IMG/VR virus record: IMGVR_UViG_3300020577_003668
Span: 1 to 64,000 of that record
DNA: 64,000 bases
Origin: a virus
Taxonomy: Duplodnaviria; Caudoviricetes
Reading direction: 5' to 3' (one strand)
The notes under the pieces were generated by a model. That model worked only from the letters and a program-made list of their open reading frames with translations. It was not told where the DNA came from and did no database searches. The position numbers and the translations under genes are program-made. Position 1 is the first letter of the stretch; every line of letters starts with the position of its first letter. Positions 49,238 through 59,133 of this stretch are shown here, in pieces.

Positions 49238-49446
49238 AGCTTAATTCTCTAGACTATGTCCTATACAAGACGCATAAATCCGTGCTTGAAGCCTGTCGTG
49301 AATTGATGATAGAATATCATTCTGAAGTCGAAATTCATCTAAAGCAATGCACATCTTGCGGCATCTGGCTCAAACCGGAACAGCTCAAGAAGGATTTAGA
49401 TGGGCTAGATATTTGCAATACTTGTTTAACAGCTTACGGACCCTAA
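49231..49446 (+). CDS. Small zinc-finger protein
   Basis: CTSC...CNTC. Confidence 0.55.
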   Translation: MVKLNSLDYVLYKTHKSVLEACRELMIEYHSEVEIHLKQCTSCGIWLKPEQLKKDLDGLDICNTCLTAYGP

Positions 49447-49447
49447 A

Positions 49448-49765
49448 ATGCTTTGGCTTATTAATTACGAATCTTCTGAGTGGTGTGGTGGAGAATCGCA
49501 CGTCGTTGTAGTTGCTGAAACCGCCGACGAGGCAAACTATCTTGCCGAAGACCACATGGAATCGACCATGCGTGAACTTTTTAGCGATGAGTACGCCGAA
49601 CTGGAAGCAGAATACGCAGAATACGCAGAAGACGGTATAGACGCAGTTTTTGACTGTGCTTATACTATCAACAGTATTGAAGCGTTTGACGAGAATCATG
49701 AACACTGGAAGTTCTATTGCGATCCTAGTCAAGAACAGTTCTATCCTACTATTGGTAGGTTCTGA
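49448..49765 (+). CDS. Acidic hypothetical protein
   Basis: 105 aa, Glu/Asp-rich. Confidence 0.55.
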   Translation: MLWLINYESSEWCGGESHVVVVAETADEANYLAEDHMESTMRELFSDEYAELEAEYAEYAEDGIDAVFDCAYTINSIEAFDENHEHWKFYCDPSQEQFYPTIGRF

Positions 49766-49921
49766 TGCCTGAAGATGTAAAGTCCCGTATAGAAGATATT
49801 GAGAACCAGCTGCGATATCTGGATCAGCGTCTAGAAGAAAATCCTCTAAATGCTACGGCCAGGGCTAGATATACGTATCTAGAAACGCTACTTAAAGAGC
49901 TAACTAAATTTCAGAATTAAT

Positions 49922-50001
49922 ACGACTGTACCTCAACGCTCTTCTAAAGCGTAGCAGAGTAAGTGGAGTCAATGTAGGTTCGAATCCTATCAGTCGTGCC
50001 A
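49922..50001 (+). tRNA. Atypical tRNA-like RNA, anticodon TCT (Arg), no D arm at the normal position
   Basis: ACGACTG/CAGTCGT acceptor, ACGCT-CTTCTAA-AGCGT, 21-nt variable region, canonical T arm, CCA. Confidence 0.7.
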
Positions 50002-50015
50002 AATATTACGTATAC

Positions 50016-50091
50016 GCCTCGTTAACTCAATGGATAGAGTACTGCGCTCCTATCGCAATAGTTAGTCGTTCGATTCGACTACGAGGCTCCA
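50016..50091 (+). tRNA. tRNA-Arg(CCT)
   Basis: Cloverleaf, loop CTCCTAT, CCA. Confidence 0.85.
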
Positions 50092-50778
50092 TCCTTTAGT
50101 GCTTTTAGCCTTTCCATTTAATACTTCGTTAAGGTGAGAATTACTCAAGTTATAGGCTCTAGCAATTTCACTAATATTGGTTATATTACTAATAATTTCC
50201 CCCGTTTTATTATTTATAATGGCGGGATATACTTTACCCTTTGCGATGGTATTACGAGTAACTAATCTATTGGTGGTATTAAGCTGTGTATACTTTTCAG
50301 GAAACTTATCAGATAACCAAGTATGGCGTTTTCCTAGATTAATATCTCTAACTAAAGACACATTAGTCTCTGTAATATCTGCTATTTCTTGATATAGTAA
50401 TTCTGGCATTTCGGTAAGATAGTAAAATATTTCTATAATTGTATCGTTATCAAATTTAGAGCCAGGATGACTATCACCTACTAGCCCTTTACCGTTACAT
50501 ACTTTATTTCTACTATTAAGACCCGAATTATAGGAATCGTATTTACTAATCATTAGCTCCTCTAAGTTATCTAATTCATGTTCTAAACATTCAGTCAATA
50601 TTTCATAGGTAAATGGGCCGTACCTATTATATGCGTCCTGTAACTTAATGCTAGAAGCTCCTCCCTTAAGTTTTGTTTTATGCGAACTAATTCTACGCTC
50701 TATATTTACCGCTTGTCCGATATAGACACTATCTGAACCTTTAAACCTCAAAATATAAATACCACATGTCATTTTCAA
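50062..50778 (-). CDS. GIY-YIG homing endonuclease (inverted orientation)
   Basis: GIY...YIG, paralog of 19746-20477; own promoter near 50799-50827. Confidence 0.85.
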   Translation of the reverse strand: MKMTCGIYILRFKGSDSVYIGQAVNIERRISSHKTKLKGGASSIKLQDAYNRYGPFTYEILTECLEHELDNLEELMISKYDSYNSGLNSRNKVCNGKGLVGDSHPGSKFDNDTIIEIFYYLTEMPELLYQEIADITETNVSLVRDINLGKRHTWLSDKFPEKYTQLNTTNRLVTRNTIAKGKVYPAIINNKTGEIISNITNISEIARAYNLSNSHLNEVLNGKAKSTKGWSLVVESND

Positions 50779-50858
50779 CCTCCTTATGTTATCCTATAAT
50801 TATATAGTTTTAGGATAACATAAGCAAGTGGAAAATTTTTGACCCTGGACCAATTAAA

Positions 50859-51692
50859 ATGAATGATTTTCATAAGCATTTCCCTGCTAATACTAAGGGA
50901 AGAGATTTCGTGGTTGGCGACCTTCATGGTAGCCTATCTATTCTTGAGCACATGCTTAAGGAACTTAATTTTAACGAACAAACAGATCGCCTGTTTAGCG
51001 TAGGCGACATTGTAGATCGCGGGCCGGATAGTATAGGTTGTCTACGTTTGCTACGTAAGCCTTGGTTCCACGCTATCATGGGGAATCATGAAGACATGAT
51101 GCTTCGTGGGCTATCTGGAGAAGATTTGGGCCTGTGGCTAGCTAACGGTGGGAATTGGTACATTTACCTTACTCGTGACGACGTGTATGATACTAAAGAT
51201 TTGTGCATTGAGCATGTACAGCATCTGCCTTTTGCAGCTACTGTTGATATGACAGACGGCCGCAAGTTCCATCTAGTACATGCTGAGTTTGATAACGTTG
51301 AGCCGATCAACGACAATGATCTTGCGCAGCGTATGCCGGAACTAATGAATGAGTTTTCTTTCGATGGTCCATTTCCTCTTTGGGGGCGTAAGCTATTTGA
51401 ACTTATTTTTTGGCGCGATTTAAGTGCTAAAGATATAGAGGAATACGTGGTGCAGATGAACAGCTTTAGGGCTATGGAACACTTTGGTAATCTGTCCACT
51501 ATTTTCTCAGGACATACTCCAGTTCGTAAGCCAACACAAATTGGTCCCCAGATTAATCTGGATACCTTTGGGTACAGAGCATATGAAGGTATGGAAGATG
51601 CGGCTCTAACTATCGCAGAGCCCTTTACAGGCAAGTTCTGGTCGTCAACCGGCGGTCCAGTGGTCGAAGTTAACAAATTGGTAATCGTATGA
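50859..51692 (+). CDS. Ser/Thr protein phosphatase (PPP, lambda NinI-like)
   Basis: GDLHG, GDIVDRG, GNHE, GHTP motifs. Confidence 0.92.
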   Translation: MNDFHKHFPANTKGRDFVVGDLHGSLSILEHMLKELNFNEQTDRLFSVGDIVDRGPDSIGCLRLLRKPWFHAIMGNHEDMMLRGLSGEDLGLWLANGGNWYIYLTRDDVYDTKDLCIEHVQHLPFAATVDMTDGRKFHLVHAEFDNVEPINDNDLAQRMPELMNEFSFDGPFPLWGRKLFELIFWRDLSAKDIEEYVVQMNSFRAMEHFGNLSTIFSGHTPVRKPTQIGPQINLDTFGYRAYEGMEDAALTIAEPFTGKFWSSTGGPVVEVNKLVIV

Positions 51693-52005
51693 AAGAAACC
51701 CCAGAAGAACGTGAAGAACGTAAGCAACGTGAAAAGGATCGTCGCAATGCCAGACGTACAAAACGACCTCCGGTGGAAGAAGCCGTTCAACTGGGATGAG
51801 TTGTTAAGTTCCACCATTAGGTGGAACGACGACTTACCAGAAGTAGTGCATCTTGATGCTGACGAAGAAGAATGGAAGGCTGGCTGGAATCAGTATTGTT
51901 TAGCCGCAGGTCTTCTGCAGGATACTGATTGGGCAGGATTAGAAAACGAGACTTGCGGGCCCGAATTGATTGTTCTATAATAGATATTCGATTGGGGGAA
52001 ACAGC

Positions 52006-52182
52006 ATGATTAATCAAGCCACACTAAACCAAGTTAATTTGCTTACTACTAAGCAACTTATTAAGCAGATTAAATCTGCTATTTCTTTCGAGGAAAAGCA
52101 TCCGGAATTTAAGCATGGTTGGCACAACGAATACGTCCAGCATATGAAGATGATTCTAGCTAACCGTATAGGAAAGAAATAG
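52006..52182 (+). CDS. Hypothetical protein
   Basis: GGGGG RBS after a promoter. Confidence 0.5.
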   Translation: MINQATLNQVNLLTTKQLIKQIKSAISFEEKHPEFKHGWHNEYVQHMKMILANRIGKK

Positions 52183-52183
52183 T

Positions 52184-52381
52184 ATGGCTAGTGGATATAC
52201 AAAAGACTTTCTAGTATCGGCTTTTCTAAGTCGATACTACTCGCTTCCAGAAGATAAGTTTGACGCACTGGAAAAGATGGCTAATAGTTTCTATGATGAA
52301 GTGGGGCGCGACAAGTTCCGCGTTTCGTGCTCTCTAGATGCTGATGCTATCAAGACCGCTAAAAATTCTGGCTTGATCTGA
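52184..52381 (+). CDS. Hypothetical protein
   Basis: Coupled 65-aa ORF. Confidence 0.5.
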   Translation: MASGYTKDFLVSAFLSRYYSLPEDKFDALEKMANSFYDEVGRDKFRVSCSLDADAIKTAKNSGLI

Positions 52382-52709
52382 TTGGTCTTTATCTATATAA
52401 TAGATATATCGGATGGGAAAACAAGCCAAGCGCATAGATGTTATATCGAACGTGTAACTCATAGCATTCCTATCCTACAGCCGTTACTGCTTAGGCTTGA
52501 TTAAGCTGCTCCCTGACTTCGTGGAGTGAAAGTTGTCCTTAATGGGAGACTAAACCATTAAGTCTGAATACTACTAGAAGTAGTTTACGCAGAGAAACGA
52601 AACACTGCCACCTATAGGACACACGTATTTGTGTTCTTTGTGAGAGCATGATCCGATGGTATCTGTATCGCTAACTCTAACGCTGGCCAGCATAGTGTTC
52701 AGACTTAAT

Positions 52710-52796
52710 GGGACCCTTTCCTGCCGGGAGTCTGTAAAACTCTTGCTATATAAGGCGGGTTGGCTGCGTGAGGATCGAAACCTCGGGGGCCCACCA
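52710..52796 (+). tRNA. Atypical tRNA-like RNA, anticodon GTA (Tyr), D arm relocated
   Basis: GGGACCC/GGGGCCC acceptor, GGGAGT-CTGTAAA-ACTCTT, CCTGCC can pair with GGCGGG in the variable region, T arm, CCA. Confidence 0.65.
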
Positions 52797-53203
52797 GAAT
52801 GTGGCTGTTGAATAGGGTGCCTTTACCGGCAATTCAACATAAGTGAGACTAACAATTGGCAGTGGACATGCCTTACAGCGCACGTTAGACCTTTCCTAGT
52901 TGAGCCCATTAGTTAAATCTAAGAGTTATGAGCATGTTACTTAGGATCAAAACGGCTCGCCTGCCCCGGGCGCTATTCTAGATGTTCTCTAGGGGACGTA
53001 TAGCAAGTACGAAGAAGTGCTCACCCGCTGGTTTAACGCGGTAATCCAGCCCCAGGACGCGCGGTAACCTGGAACTATAAATTAGTATACTTAGGCTATG
53101 CAGAGAATGTTATAAAGCCTAGTGACCACAAAGCTGGTAGTATACTAACTTATAGTTAGAGAGTAATTAACTTTAACTGTAGCTGGGAGTCATGAACCTA
53201 GTG

Positions 53204-53297
53204 ATCCGTGGTGATGAAATGGCAAACATAGGCCCCCGATAGGGTCGGCGTAGCTAAATAACGCTTGCAGGTATCGTAGTCCTGCCCACAATGGATC
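53204..53297 (+). pseudogene. Degenerate long-variable-arm (Leu-type) tRNA
   Basis: D arm ATG-AAATGGCAAA-CAT and T stem GCAGG/CCTGC present; anticodon and T loops aberrant; no CCA. Confidence 0.45.
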
Positions 53298-53400
53298 AAT
53301 TATATTTTAGCAGTTTACCTCTACCAGTCCAGCTGGCTCGGTAGGATAAGTACGGATAAAGAAGAGGTCCGTGCCTGCTAAAATATAATTAGGAATAGTA

Positions 53401-53754
53401 ATGAAAGAAGAGTTTCCAAGACAACTAACTGAGGACTACTACGACGATGGTAGAGGTCCGTCATTGACCTATCACGGGTACAATCTGTATAAAACCTGTA
53501 TCGCGTGTCCTGAACAGTACGACGTGTTTAAGGATGGAAAGCTTGTAGGATATATTAGGCTTCGTGGTGGTTGGCTTCAGGCTTTTTGCCCTGATGTTTT
53601 CCTTGAGCGAGTTTACTTCCACGAGTTTCCTAACGACGAGTGGAAGGGTTGCTTTGAAACTGACGAAGAACAGGACTACTATCTAGAGTACGTAATCATA
53701 GCGATTGATGATTGGGTACGAAAAAACGAACTTGAATCGCAAAGCCTTTCTTGA
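53401..53754 (+). CDS. Hypothetical phage protein
   Basis: TCIACPEQYDV...VGYIRLRGG. Confidence 0.6.
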   Translation: MKEEFPRQLTEDYYDDGRGPSLTYHGYNLYKTCIACPEQYDVFKDGKLVGYIRLRGGWLQAFCPDVFLERVYFHEFPNDEWKGCFETDEEQDYYLEYVIIAIDDWVRKNELESQSLS

Positions 53755-54339
53755 TATAATAATTGTTCGATATGTGATAATACCAAGCATACCGCTGAGG
53801 TACAAGGCGTAGTATGTTAGCCGGATCGCAAGACGCAAAACGAGTAATGCGGCGCACTCGGGTATATTTACTAGAGGATGAGCGCTCTAGTATCTTAATG
53901 TAGCTTCGATACCCAGGAAGACTGGTCACGGTCCTGGCAGTAATATGTGACCGTCTACAGACCCAGAGTTGAGTTTACAACTCTTCAAAAAGAAAACTGG
54001 TGGAACAGTCTAACTATCGACATTAAATTTAGTCAATCTGTGAAACACCAGGTTGGTCCCGACAGTCGCAAGTCTTTAACACGCGAGTAGGTAATATGTC
54101 TGACTATTCCGTCGAAAGATACGGTGCATTGGGGAAGACACGCTTTAAGCTGCTAACAGGCGTTTTCTATTGAGTTAGCCCAGGACCGAGTAACCTGGAC
54201 CTTTATACGAAGTAATTAAGGCTGGACGGATACGACGTACTTGAACTACGTCCGATAACGACCGCTGAGAATTGGTTGGTCCCTTTTCTACAGCTTCTAG
54301 CACGACCACTTAGTTGCTTCCTATAAAGGTTTTGAATTA

Positions 54340-54444
54340 CCCTGTATTGCTAATATTGGTAAAGAGCGACCCTTATAAAGTCGTAGTAAGCACTCAATAG
54401 ATAATTGAGCTTCAATCTTGGTTCGATTCCAAGTGCAGGGACCA
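54340..54444 (+). tRNA. tRNA-Ile(TAT) with a large variable arm
   Basis: CCCTGTA/TGCAGGG, loop CTTATAA, about 33-nt variable region, T arm, CCA. Confidence 0.7.
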
Positions 54445-54448
54445 CAAC

Positions 54449-54515
54449 AGGCGAAAAGGGTAGCTCCCCTGACAGTGCCTATATCACTGTATAGCCTATC
54501 TTATATAGGAAGAGT
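54449..54515 (+). promoter_or_regulatory. Three-way-junction leader with a loop complementary to the SD (copy 1)
   Basis: AGGC-GAAAA-GGGTAGCTCCC-hairpin(loop CCTATAT)-TA-GCCT, then ATATAGG. Confidence 0.75.
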
Positions 54516-55106
54516 ATGTATACTAAAGAAATAGTCCCATTAAAGGGCCTAAAAGCTGGCTATGTAATATTCAGAGATCATAGCCACCCCTTAGCCTATG
54601 ATGATGGCGCTGTATATTTGCACAGACATGTTGCAAGTATTAAGTTGGGGAGATGGGTTACAAGCGAAGAGTATGTTCATCATATTGATGAAAATAAGTT
54701 AAATAATGAACCTTATAATCTAGAAATACTATCTAACTCAGAGCATAGTAAGATACATAATCCAAATAATTTAAGTAAGATTATTTGCCCAACATGTAAA
54801 AAAGAATTCCAACCCATTAGTTGCAAAATACAATATTGTTCTCCTAAATGTTACGCAGTAACAACTATTAAAAATACAAAGATAACAAAAGAATTATTAG
54901 ATGAACTTATACCTAAGACTTCTTGGAGAGATTTAGGTAATATGTTTGGATATTCAGATAACGGAATAAAGAAGCGTGCTAAGGCTTTAGGGTGTGACAC
55001 TTCTAATGCAAAGAATAAGCGAATGCCAGCTAGACCGAATGGGGGGTACACGCTTGATAAGCGTGCTGTACTTGGATCGAAACCAAGAGTTGGTACCAAA
55101 GGATAA
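54516..55106 (+). CDS. HNH homing endonuclease
   Basis: VYLHRHV, VHHIDENKLNN, EHSKIH, CxxC...CxxxC. Confidence 0.85.
   Translation: MYTKEIVPLKGLKAGYVIFRDHSHPLAYDDGAVYLHRHVASIKLGRWVTSEEYVHHIDENKLNNEPYNLEILSNSEHSKIHNPNNLSKIICPTCKKEFQPISCKIQYCSPKCYAVTTIKNTKITKELLDELIPKTSWRDLGNMFGYSDNGIKKRAKALGCDTSNAKNKRMPARPNGGYTLDKRAVLGSKPRVGTKG
55025..55098 (+). tRNA. tRNA-Ile(GAT), nested in the 3' end of the HNH ORF
   Basis: GCCAGCT/AGTTGGT, CACGC-TTGATAA-GCGTG, CCA. Confidence 0.75.
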
Positions 55107-55107
55107 T

Positions 55108-55190
55108 GCCCCTGTGACTTATGCAAATTGGCACAGCTACGAGTCTTAGAAGCTCGGTTTTTCCCGGTTCGAATCCGGGCGGGGGTACCA
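55108..55190 (+). tRNA. tRNA-Leu(TAG), short variable arm
   Basis: Loop CTTAGAA, T arm CCCGG-TTCGAAT-CCGGG, CCA. Confidence 0.85.
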
Positions 55191-55235
55191 AATTTTCAGA
55201 TTGATTTTAGAATCCATCCATAGTATAATTATATT

Positions 55236-55874
55236 ATGGAGGACTCAAAAATGATCGAAGAATTAGTATACAAAATATGTACAGTAATCGGGGAGGACCC
55301 CGATAAAAAAATAAAGAGACCTATAAGAGGTCTACCAGGTATAACTGTATTTAGTCTAATAGAGGCGCTATTAGTAGCCGGTACCCTTAATAAGGCTGCT
55401 GAATATTTAGGATATACCACCAATCCCGTAAAACAGGCAATTAAAGAGGTACTAATACCTACCTTTAGTACTAGGCATAAAGAATATGGTAGTGGAGGTG
55501 GTCTAACCCCCTGGAAATACGAGTTACTAAAGTGTATTAACTATAAGTGTTGTGGCCAATGTAATAGAATATTGCCACATAGCGAATATTACTCTAATAC
55601 GTCTAGAATAGTAGATGGGCTTGCAAGTTTTTGTAAATCGTGTAATATAGCTGCTTCAAAATCCCACAAGTATTATATAGTACAAAGAACCCCTTCCTGG
55701 TCGGAACTAGACTTAATAGCCGAATTCTATAGAAACTGTCCTATAGGTTATCACGTAGATCATATATTACCCCTCAGAGGGAATAACGTAAGTGGCTTAC
55801 ACGTATTAAGTAATCTACAATATCTCTCCGCCACAGAAAACATGAAAAAGGGTAATAAGTTTAGTATTGAATAA
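55236..55874 (+). CDS. HNH endonuclease
   Basis: CxxC pairs, YHVDHILPL...GLHVLSNLQ...ENMKKGN. Confidence 0.85.
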   Translation: MEDSKMIEELVYKICTVIGEDPDKKIKRPIRGLPGITVFSLIEALLVAGTLNKAAEYLGYTTNPVKQAIKEVLIPTFSTRHKEYGSGGGLTPWKYELLKCINYKCCGQCNRILPHSEYYSNTSRIVDGLASFCKSCNIAASKSHKYYIVQRTPSWSELDLIAEFYRNCPIGYHVDHILPLRGNNVSGLHVLSNLQYLSATENMKKGNKFSIE

Positions 55875-55876
55875 TT

Positions 55877-55961
55877 GCCAGAGTGGAGTAACGGTAGCCT
55901 CTGCGGACTTAAAATTCGCCGTCCTTGTGGCGTACGGGTTCGATTCCCGTCTCTGGTACCA
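55877..55961 (+). tRNA. tRNA-Leu(TAA)
   Basis: Loop CTTAAAA, long variable arm, CCA. Confidence 0.9.
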
Positions 55962-55967
55962 AATAAT

Positions 55968-56043
55968 ACGAAAATAACTCAAATGGCTAGAGTCCCGCCT
56001 CTTAAGCGGTGAGATCCTGGTTCGATCCCAGGTTTTCGTACCA
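55968..56043 (+). tRNA. tRNA-Lys(CTT)
   Basis: Loop CTCTTAA, T arm, CCA. Confidence 0.8.
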
Positions 56044-56160
56044 AGAACAGCGGAGTTGAGACCCGAAAACTAGAACCAACCGTATAAGTTACCTTATACG
56101 ACTTAGGTGGTCGAATTCTAGCACGATAGTTGAAGCCTTAGACTATCCTCTTACGTTTCT

Positions 56161-56306
56161 AAAACCGCGGGCTAGTTTAATAGGAAAAACACCGCGCGCG
56201 AAACTCCCTACCCTATGGCAGTATGTACGGTCTGCAGCCGACTATATACGTAAGCAATGGGACATACATGTGAGATACATCTTTCGAAGGATGTGCCCAC
56301 GGTTTT
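56161..56306 (+). ncRNA. tRNA-like scaffold with the anticodon arm replaced by a long structured insert
   Basis: CCGCGGGC/GCCCACGG acceptor-like stem, D arm GTTT-AATAGGAA-AAAC, T-like arm ACATC/GATGT. Confidence 0.5.
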
Positions 56307-56322
56307 AGGAACTTAACATAAA

Positions 56323-56757
56323 ATGATTACATATACAAAAGGTAACGTAGCTTTAGCTAGAGAAGCTCATATTGCTCATGGCTGTAATGCTCAAGGCGTT
56401 ATGGGTTCTGGCGTAGCTAAGGAAATTCGTAGGCTATACCCTGATGCATATACTGCATATCGTATGGCGTACTTGCGTACAGGGCTTGAACTTGGTTCAG
56501 TTGTTGTAGCTACTCCTATTGACGGTAAGATCATCTATAACTGCATTACTCAGCAGTATTATGGTAATGATGATAAGGTATACGCTTCGTATGAAGCAAT
56601 TGCTAAATGCTTCGCCTTCATGAACGGTTGGGTAGCGGGCAGAGCTGCTTTAGCAATTCCACGTATTGGCTGTGGGCTTGGTGGACTTGAATGGGATAAA
56701 GTAGAAGCTATTATCTTGAAGGCTGCACGTTACGACGTTGTAGTCTACGATATTTGA
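56323..56757 (+). CDS. Macro-domain (ADP-ribose processing) protein
   Basis: IAHGCN...MGSGVA, PRIGCGLGGLEW. Confidence 0.9.
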   Translation: MITYTKGNVALAREAHIAHGCNAQGVMGSGVAKEIRRLYPDAYTAYRMAYLRTGLELGSVVVATPIDGKIIYNCITQQYYGNDDKVYASYEAIAKCFAFMNGWVAGRAALAIPRIGCGLGGLEWDKVEAIILKAARYDVVVYDI

Positions 56758-56812
56758 TCTTGATTTCAGCGCTTAGACAGTATATAATATTGTCTAATCA
56801 GTGAGATTTTGA

Positions 56813-57124
56813 ATGACTAAAAAGAGATTTGGCGTGACCGCTATCATTTATGATAAGCGTGGTCGGGTTTTGAGTGTTGGTAGTAATAGTTATGTAAAGA
56901 CCCACCCGCTTCAAGCGGATCACGCTCGTCGTGCCGGGGAACCCAGTAAGATTTACCTACACGCGGAAATTCATGCGATTACTCGCTGCCGCGACATTTC
57001 TAAAGCCTATCGTATGGCTATTTTTAGGTATCTTGAAGATGGTTCCCCGGCGAGGGCGTGTCCTTGTAATATCTGTCGTAGCGCTATTGACGCTACCCCT
57101 ATTAAGATTGTTGAGCATACATGA
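56813..57124 (+). CDS. Zn-dependent cytidine/dCMP deaminase-like protein
   Basis: HAE...PCNIC. Confidence 0.8.
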   Translation: MTKKRFGVTAIIYDKRGRVLSVGSNSYVKTHPLQADHARRAGEPSKIYLHAEIHAITRCRDISKAYRMAIFRYLEDGSPARACPCNICRSAIDATPIKIVEHT

Positions 57125-57318
57125 CCACTAATACTAAAGGTACCCCCAAGTCTTGTTCGTGTTCCCAATGCCGTAGAGGCAAACACGACGGAGCAAAAGA
57201 TATTGTAAAAGCAGATGAGCGGGCTTATCGGCACGCTGCAAAAATTGCTCTAGCTAATATGGATCTAGAAGAAGGCGTTGTGCTTAATTCTGGGCCCATT
57301 GGAAATTACTACGATTAA
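57121..57318 (+). CDS. Small hypothetical protein
   Basis: CSCSQC motif, coupled ORF. Confidence 0.5.
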   Translation: MTTNTKGTPKSCSCSQCRRGKHDGAKDIVKADERAYRHAAKIALANMDLEEGVVLNSGPIGNYYD

Positions 57319-57319
57319 A

Positions 57320-57395
57320 CTCTCATAAGTGTTGCCTGATGGCATACTGCGTTTGGGGCGCAGTGGGGAAGGTTTGAATCCTTCATGGGAGACCA
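57320..57395 (+). tRNA. tRNA-Pro(TGG)
   Basis: CTGCG-TTTGGGG-CGCAG, CCA. Confidence 0.8.
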
Positions 57396-57453
57396 ATTAA
57401 AAAAATTAACTTGATTTTGTGCTGCATTTCAAGTATAATGATTACTAATCAGT

Positions 57454-57529
57454 GGGATTGTGGCGAAAGGGTTATCGCATCACCCTTTTAAGGTGTAAGT
57501 TATTGGTTCGAATCCAATCAGTCCTACCA
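57454..57529 (+). tRNA. tRNA-Lys(TTT)
   Basis: Loop CTTTTAA, T arm, CCA. Confidence 0.9.
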
Positions 57530-57752
57530 AAGAATTACCGAGCATTTTAGCTGGCGCTTCCGACAACCTCCGGATAGGCTACTATGTGTGTTAGAGGTGA
57601 CGCGAGTAAGTGGCGATCTCAAGGGCCTAGCGTTAATGCAACGTATAGGATATCCAAGTATCAAAACCTCGTTCGGTGTAGTGAGCTAATTTTGTATTTT
57701 TTACGAGTTCACTTTAATCTCTAGACGTTAAAAACCCTTAGTTCGCTAAGGC

Positions 57753-57825
57753 GTGATCTTATCTCAAGTGGAAGAGAGCAAGGCTGTGAACCTTGTAAGT
57801 ACGATTTCGACTATCGTAGATCACC
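57753..57825 (+). tRNA. tRNA-His(GTG)
   Basis: CAAGG-CTGTGAA-CCTTG, C discriminator. Confidence 0.85.
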
Positions 57826-57845
57826 CCTTAACGAATTAAATTTAT

Positions 57846-57921
57846 TGCGGGCGAGGAAGACGGCAATCCAGCAGGCTCATAACCTGAAAATACTCAGTTC
57901 AACTCTGAGGCTCCGCAACCA
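57846..57921 (+). tRNA. tRNA-Met(CAT), initiator-like
   Basis: Loop CTCATAA, T loop TTCAACT, CCA. Confidence 0.8.
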
Positions 57922-58140
57922 ATAAATAGCATAGGCGGTAGCATTATGCGTAGGTGAGACTCCTACAACTAATTAAAGACTTAAGGTAACGAATATACGT
58001 AGGCAGGATGACCGGATCAAGTCGCTTCGGCGAATGAGAGTTCAAATCGAACTTGTTCTTGTGAATAAGCCCATGCGCGGTGACGTACTTTTCGCGGAAC
58101 TGAGGATACTGCGCTGGTAATTGTCGCCCTCATTATTTTA

Positions 58141-58212
58141 GCGGCTAAGGTGTTTATGGACGCACGTTAGTCTTCCAAACTTAAGGAGTCGGATCGTTAC
58201 CGACTAGCCGCT
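58141..58212 (+). tRNA. tRNA-Gly(TCC)
   Basis: GCGGCTA/TAGCCGC, loop CTTCCAA, U discriminator. Confidence 0.85.
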
Positions 58213-58219
58213 CATCTAT

Positions 58220-58289
58220 AAGACGAAAAGGGTAGCTCCCCTGTCATTGCCTATATCAATGACTAGTCTTTTCTTATATAGGAAGAATT
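58220..58289 (+). promoter_or_regulatory. Three-way-junction leader with a loop complementary to the SD (copy 2)
   Basis: AAGAC-GAAAA-GGGTAGCTCCC-hairpin(loop CCTATAT)-TA-GTCTT, then ATATAGG. Confidence 0.75.
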
Positions 58290-59009
58290 ATGACAATAGG
58301 AATATACTCTCTTTATTGGGAGAAAGAAGACTTAGTTTATGTTGGGCTGTCTCAGAATATAGAAGATAGATACAGAGAACATATTCTAAAAATGAGAAAA
58401 TTAAAGCATTCTAACTATAAAGTGCAGAATGCATATAATTTATATGGAATACCCAGACTAGCTATATTAGAAGAATGTAGTATACCAGAATTAAACGATA
58501 AAGAAATCTTTTGGACAAAAGAATTTAATTCTATTAATGCTGGGTTAAATATAGTAGAGGCAGGCGAAGTAGGTTGGGGTGTTAATTCGAATGCATCCAA
58601 ATATACTAAAAGACAAATATTAAAAGTATTTGCTGTATTATACAATACTTTTAATTCTGCCGAACAAATAGCTAGTAGGTGCGGAGTCCCTACGTCTTTT
58701 GTGCACACTATCTCTAAAGGAGATAGTCATAAGTGGTTGGAAGATGAATACCCGCAACAATTTGCAAAAATGCGTAAAATTGCTGAGTCGAGGGTAAGAC
58801 AGAAATTTTCTTCTGATATTATCTATATTAAAAACAATATAGTATATCTAAAAAGTCCTACTGGTGAAATAGTAAAAATAGATACCTCTATACGTGAGTT
58901 TTGTAGAAAACATAATTTAAACTCAGGCCCTATGTCTGAAGTTATAAAGGGCCAGAGAAATCAAAATAAAGGGTGGACTTTACATGCCCATTCTAAGAAA
59001 GAGGTATAG
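58290..59009 (+). CDS. GIY-YIG homing endonuclease
   Basis: GIY...YVG, paralog of the genes at 19746 and 50062. Confidence 0.85.
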   Translation: MTIGIYSLYWEKEDLVYVGLSQNIEDRYREHILKMRKLKHSNYKVQNAYNLYGIPRLAILEECSIPELNDKEIFWTKEFNSINAGLNIVEAGEVGWGVNSNASKYTKRQILKVFAVLYNTFNSAEQIASRCGVPTSFVHTISKGDSHKWLEDEYPQQFAKMRKIAESRVRQKFSSDIIYIKNNIVYLKSPTGEIVKIDTSIREFCRKHNLNSGPMSEVIKGQRNQNKGWTLHAHSKKEV

Positions 59010-59048
59010 TACGACCCGCAAATCAGTACTGCAAATAGAGATATTTGC

Positions 59049-59133
59049 TCCAAGGTGGCCAGAGTGGTAATGGTCCTCGCTGTTAACGAGATATGGTTAA
59101 CTACCTTCGTAGGTTCGATCCCTACCCTTGGAG
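59049..59133 (+). tRNA. tRNA-Asn(GTT) with a long variable arm
   Basis: TCCAAGG/CCTTGGA, loop CTGTTAA, G discriminator. Confidence 0.8.

Noticed and set aside
52570-52680. Hairpin ribozyme (AGAA...CAGAGAAAC)
   Set aside because: The loop B partner strand and the NGUC substrate strand could not be placed
57978-58052. Eighth Y RNA (TAACGAA...TTGTTCTT)
   Set aside because: Lacks the TTACTTC block and a clear inner stem; left unresolved
58985-59040. tRNA-Cys remnant after the GIY-YIG gene
   Set aside because: No T arm or acceptor pairing could be built
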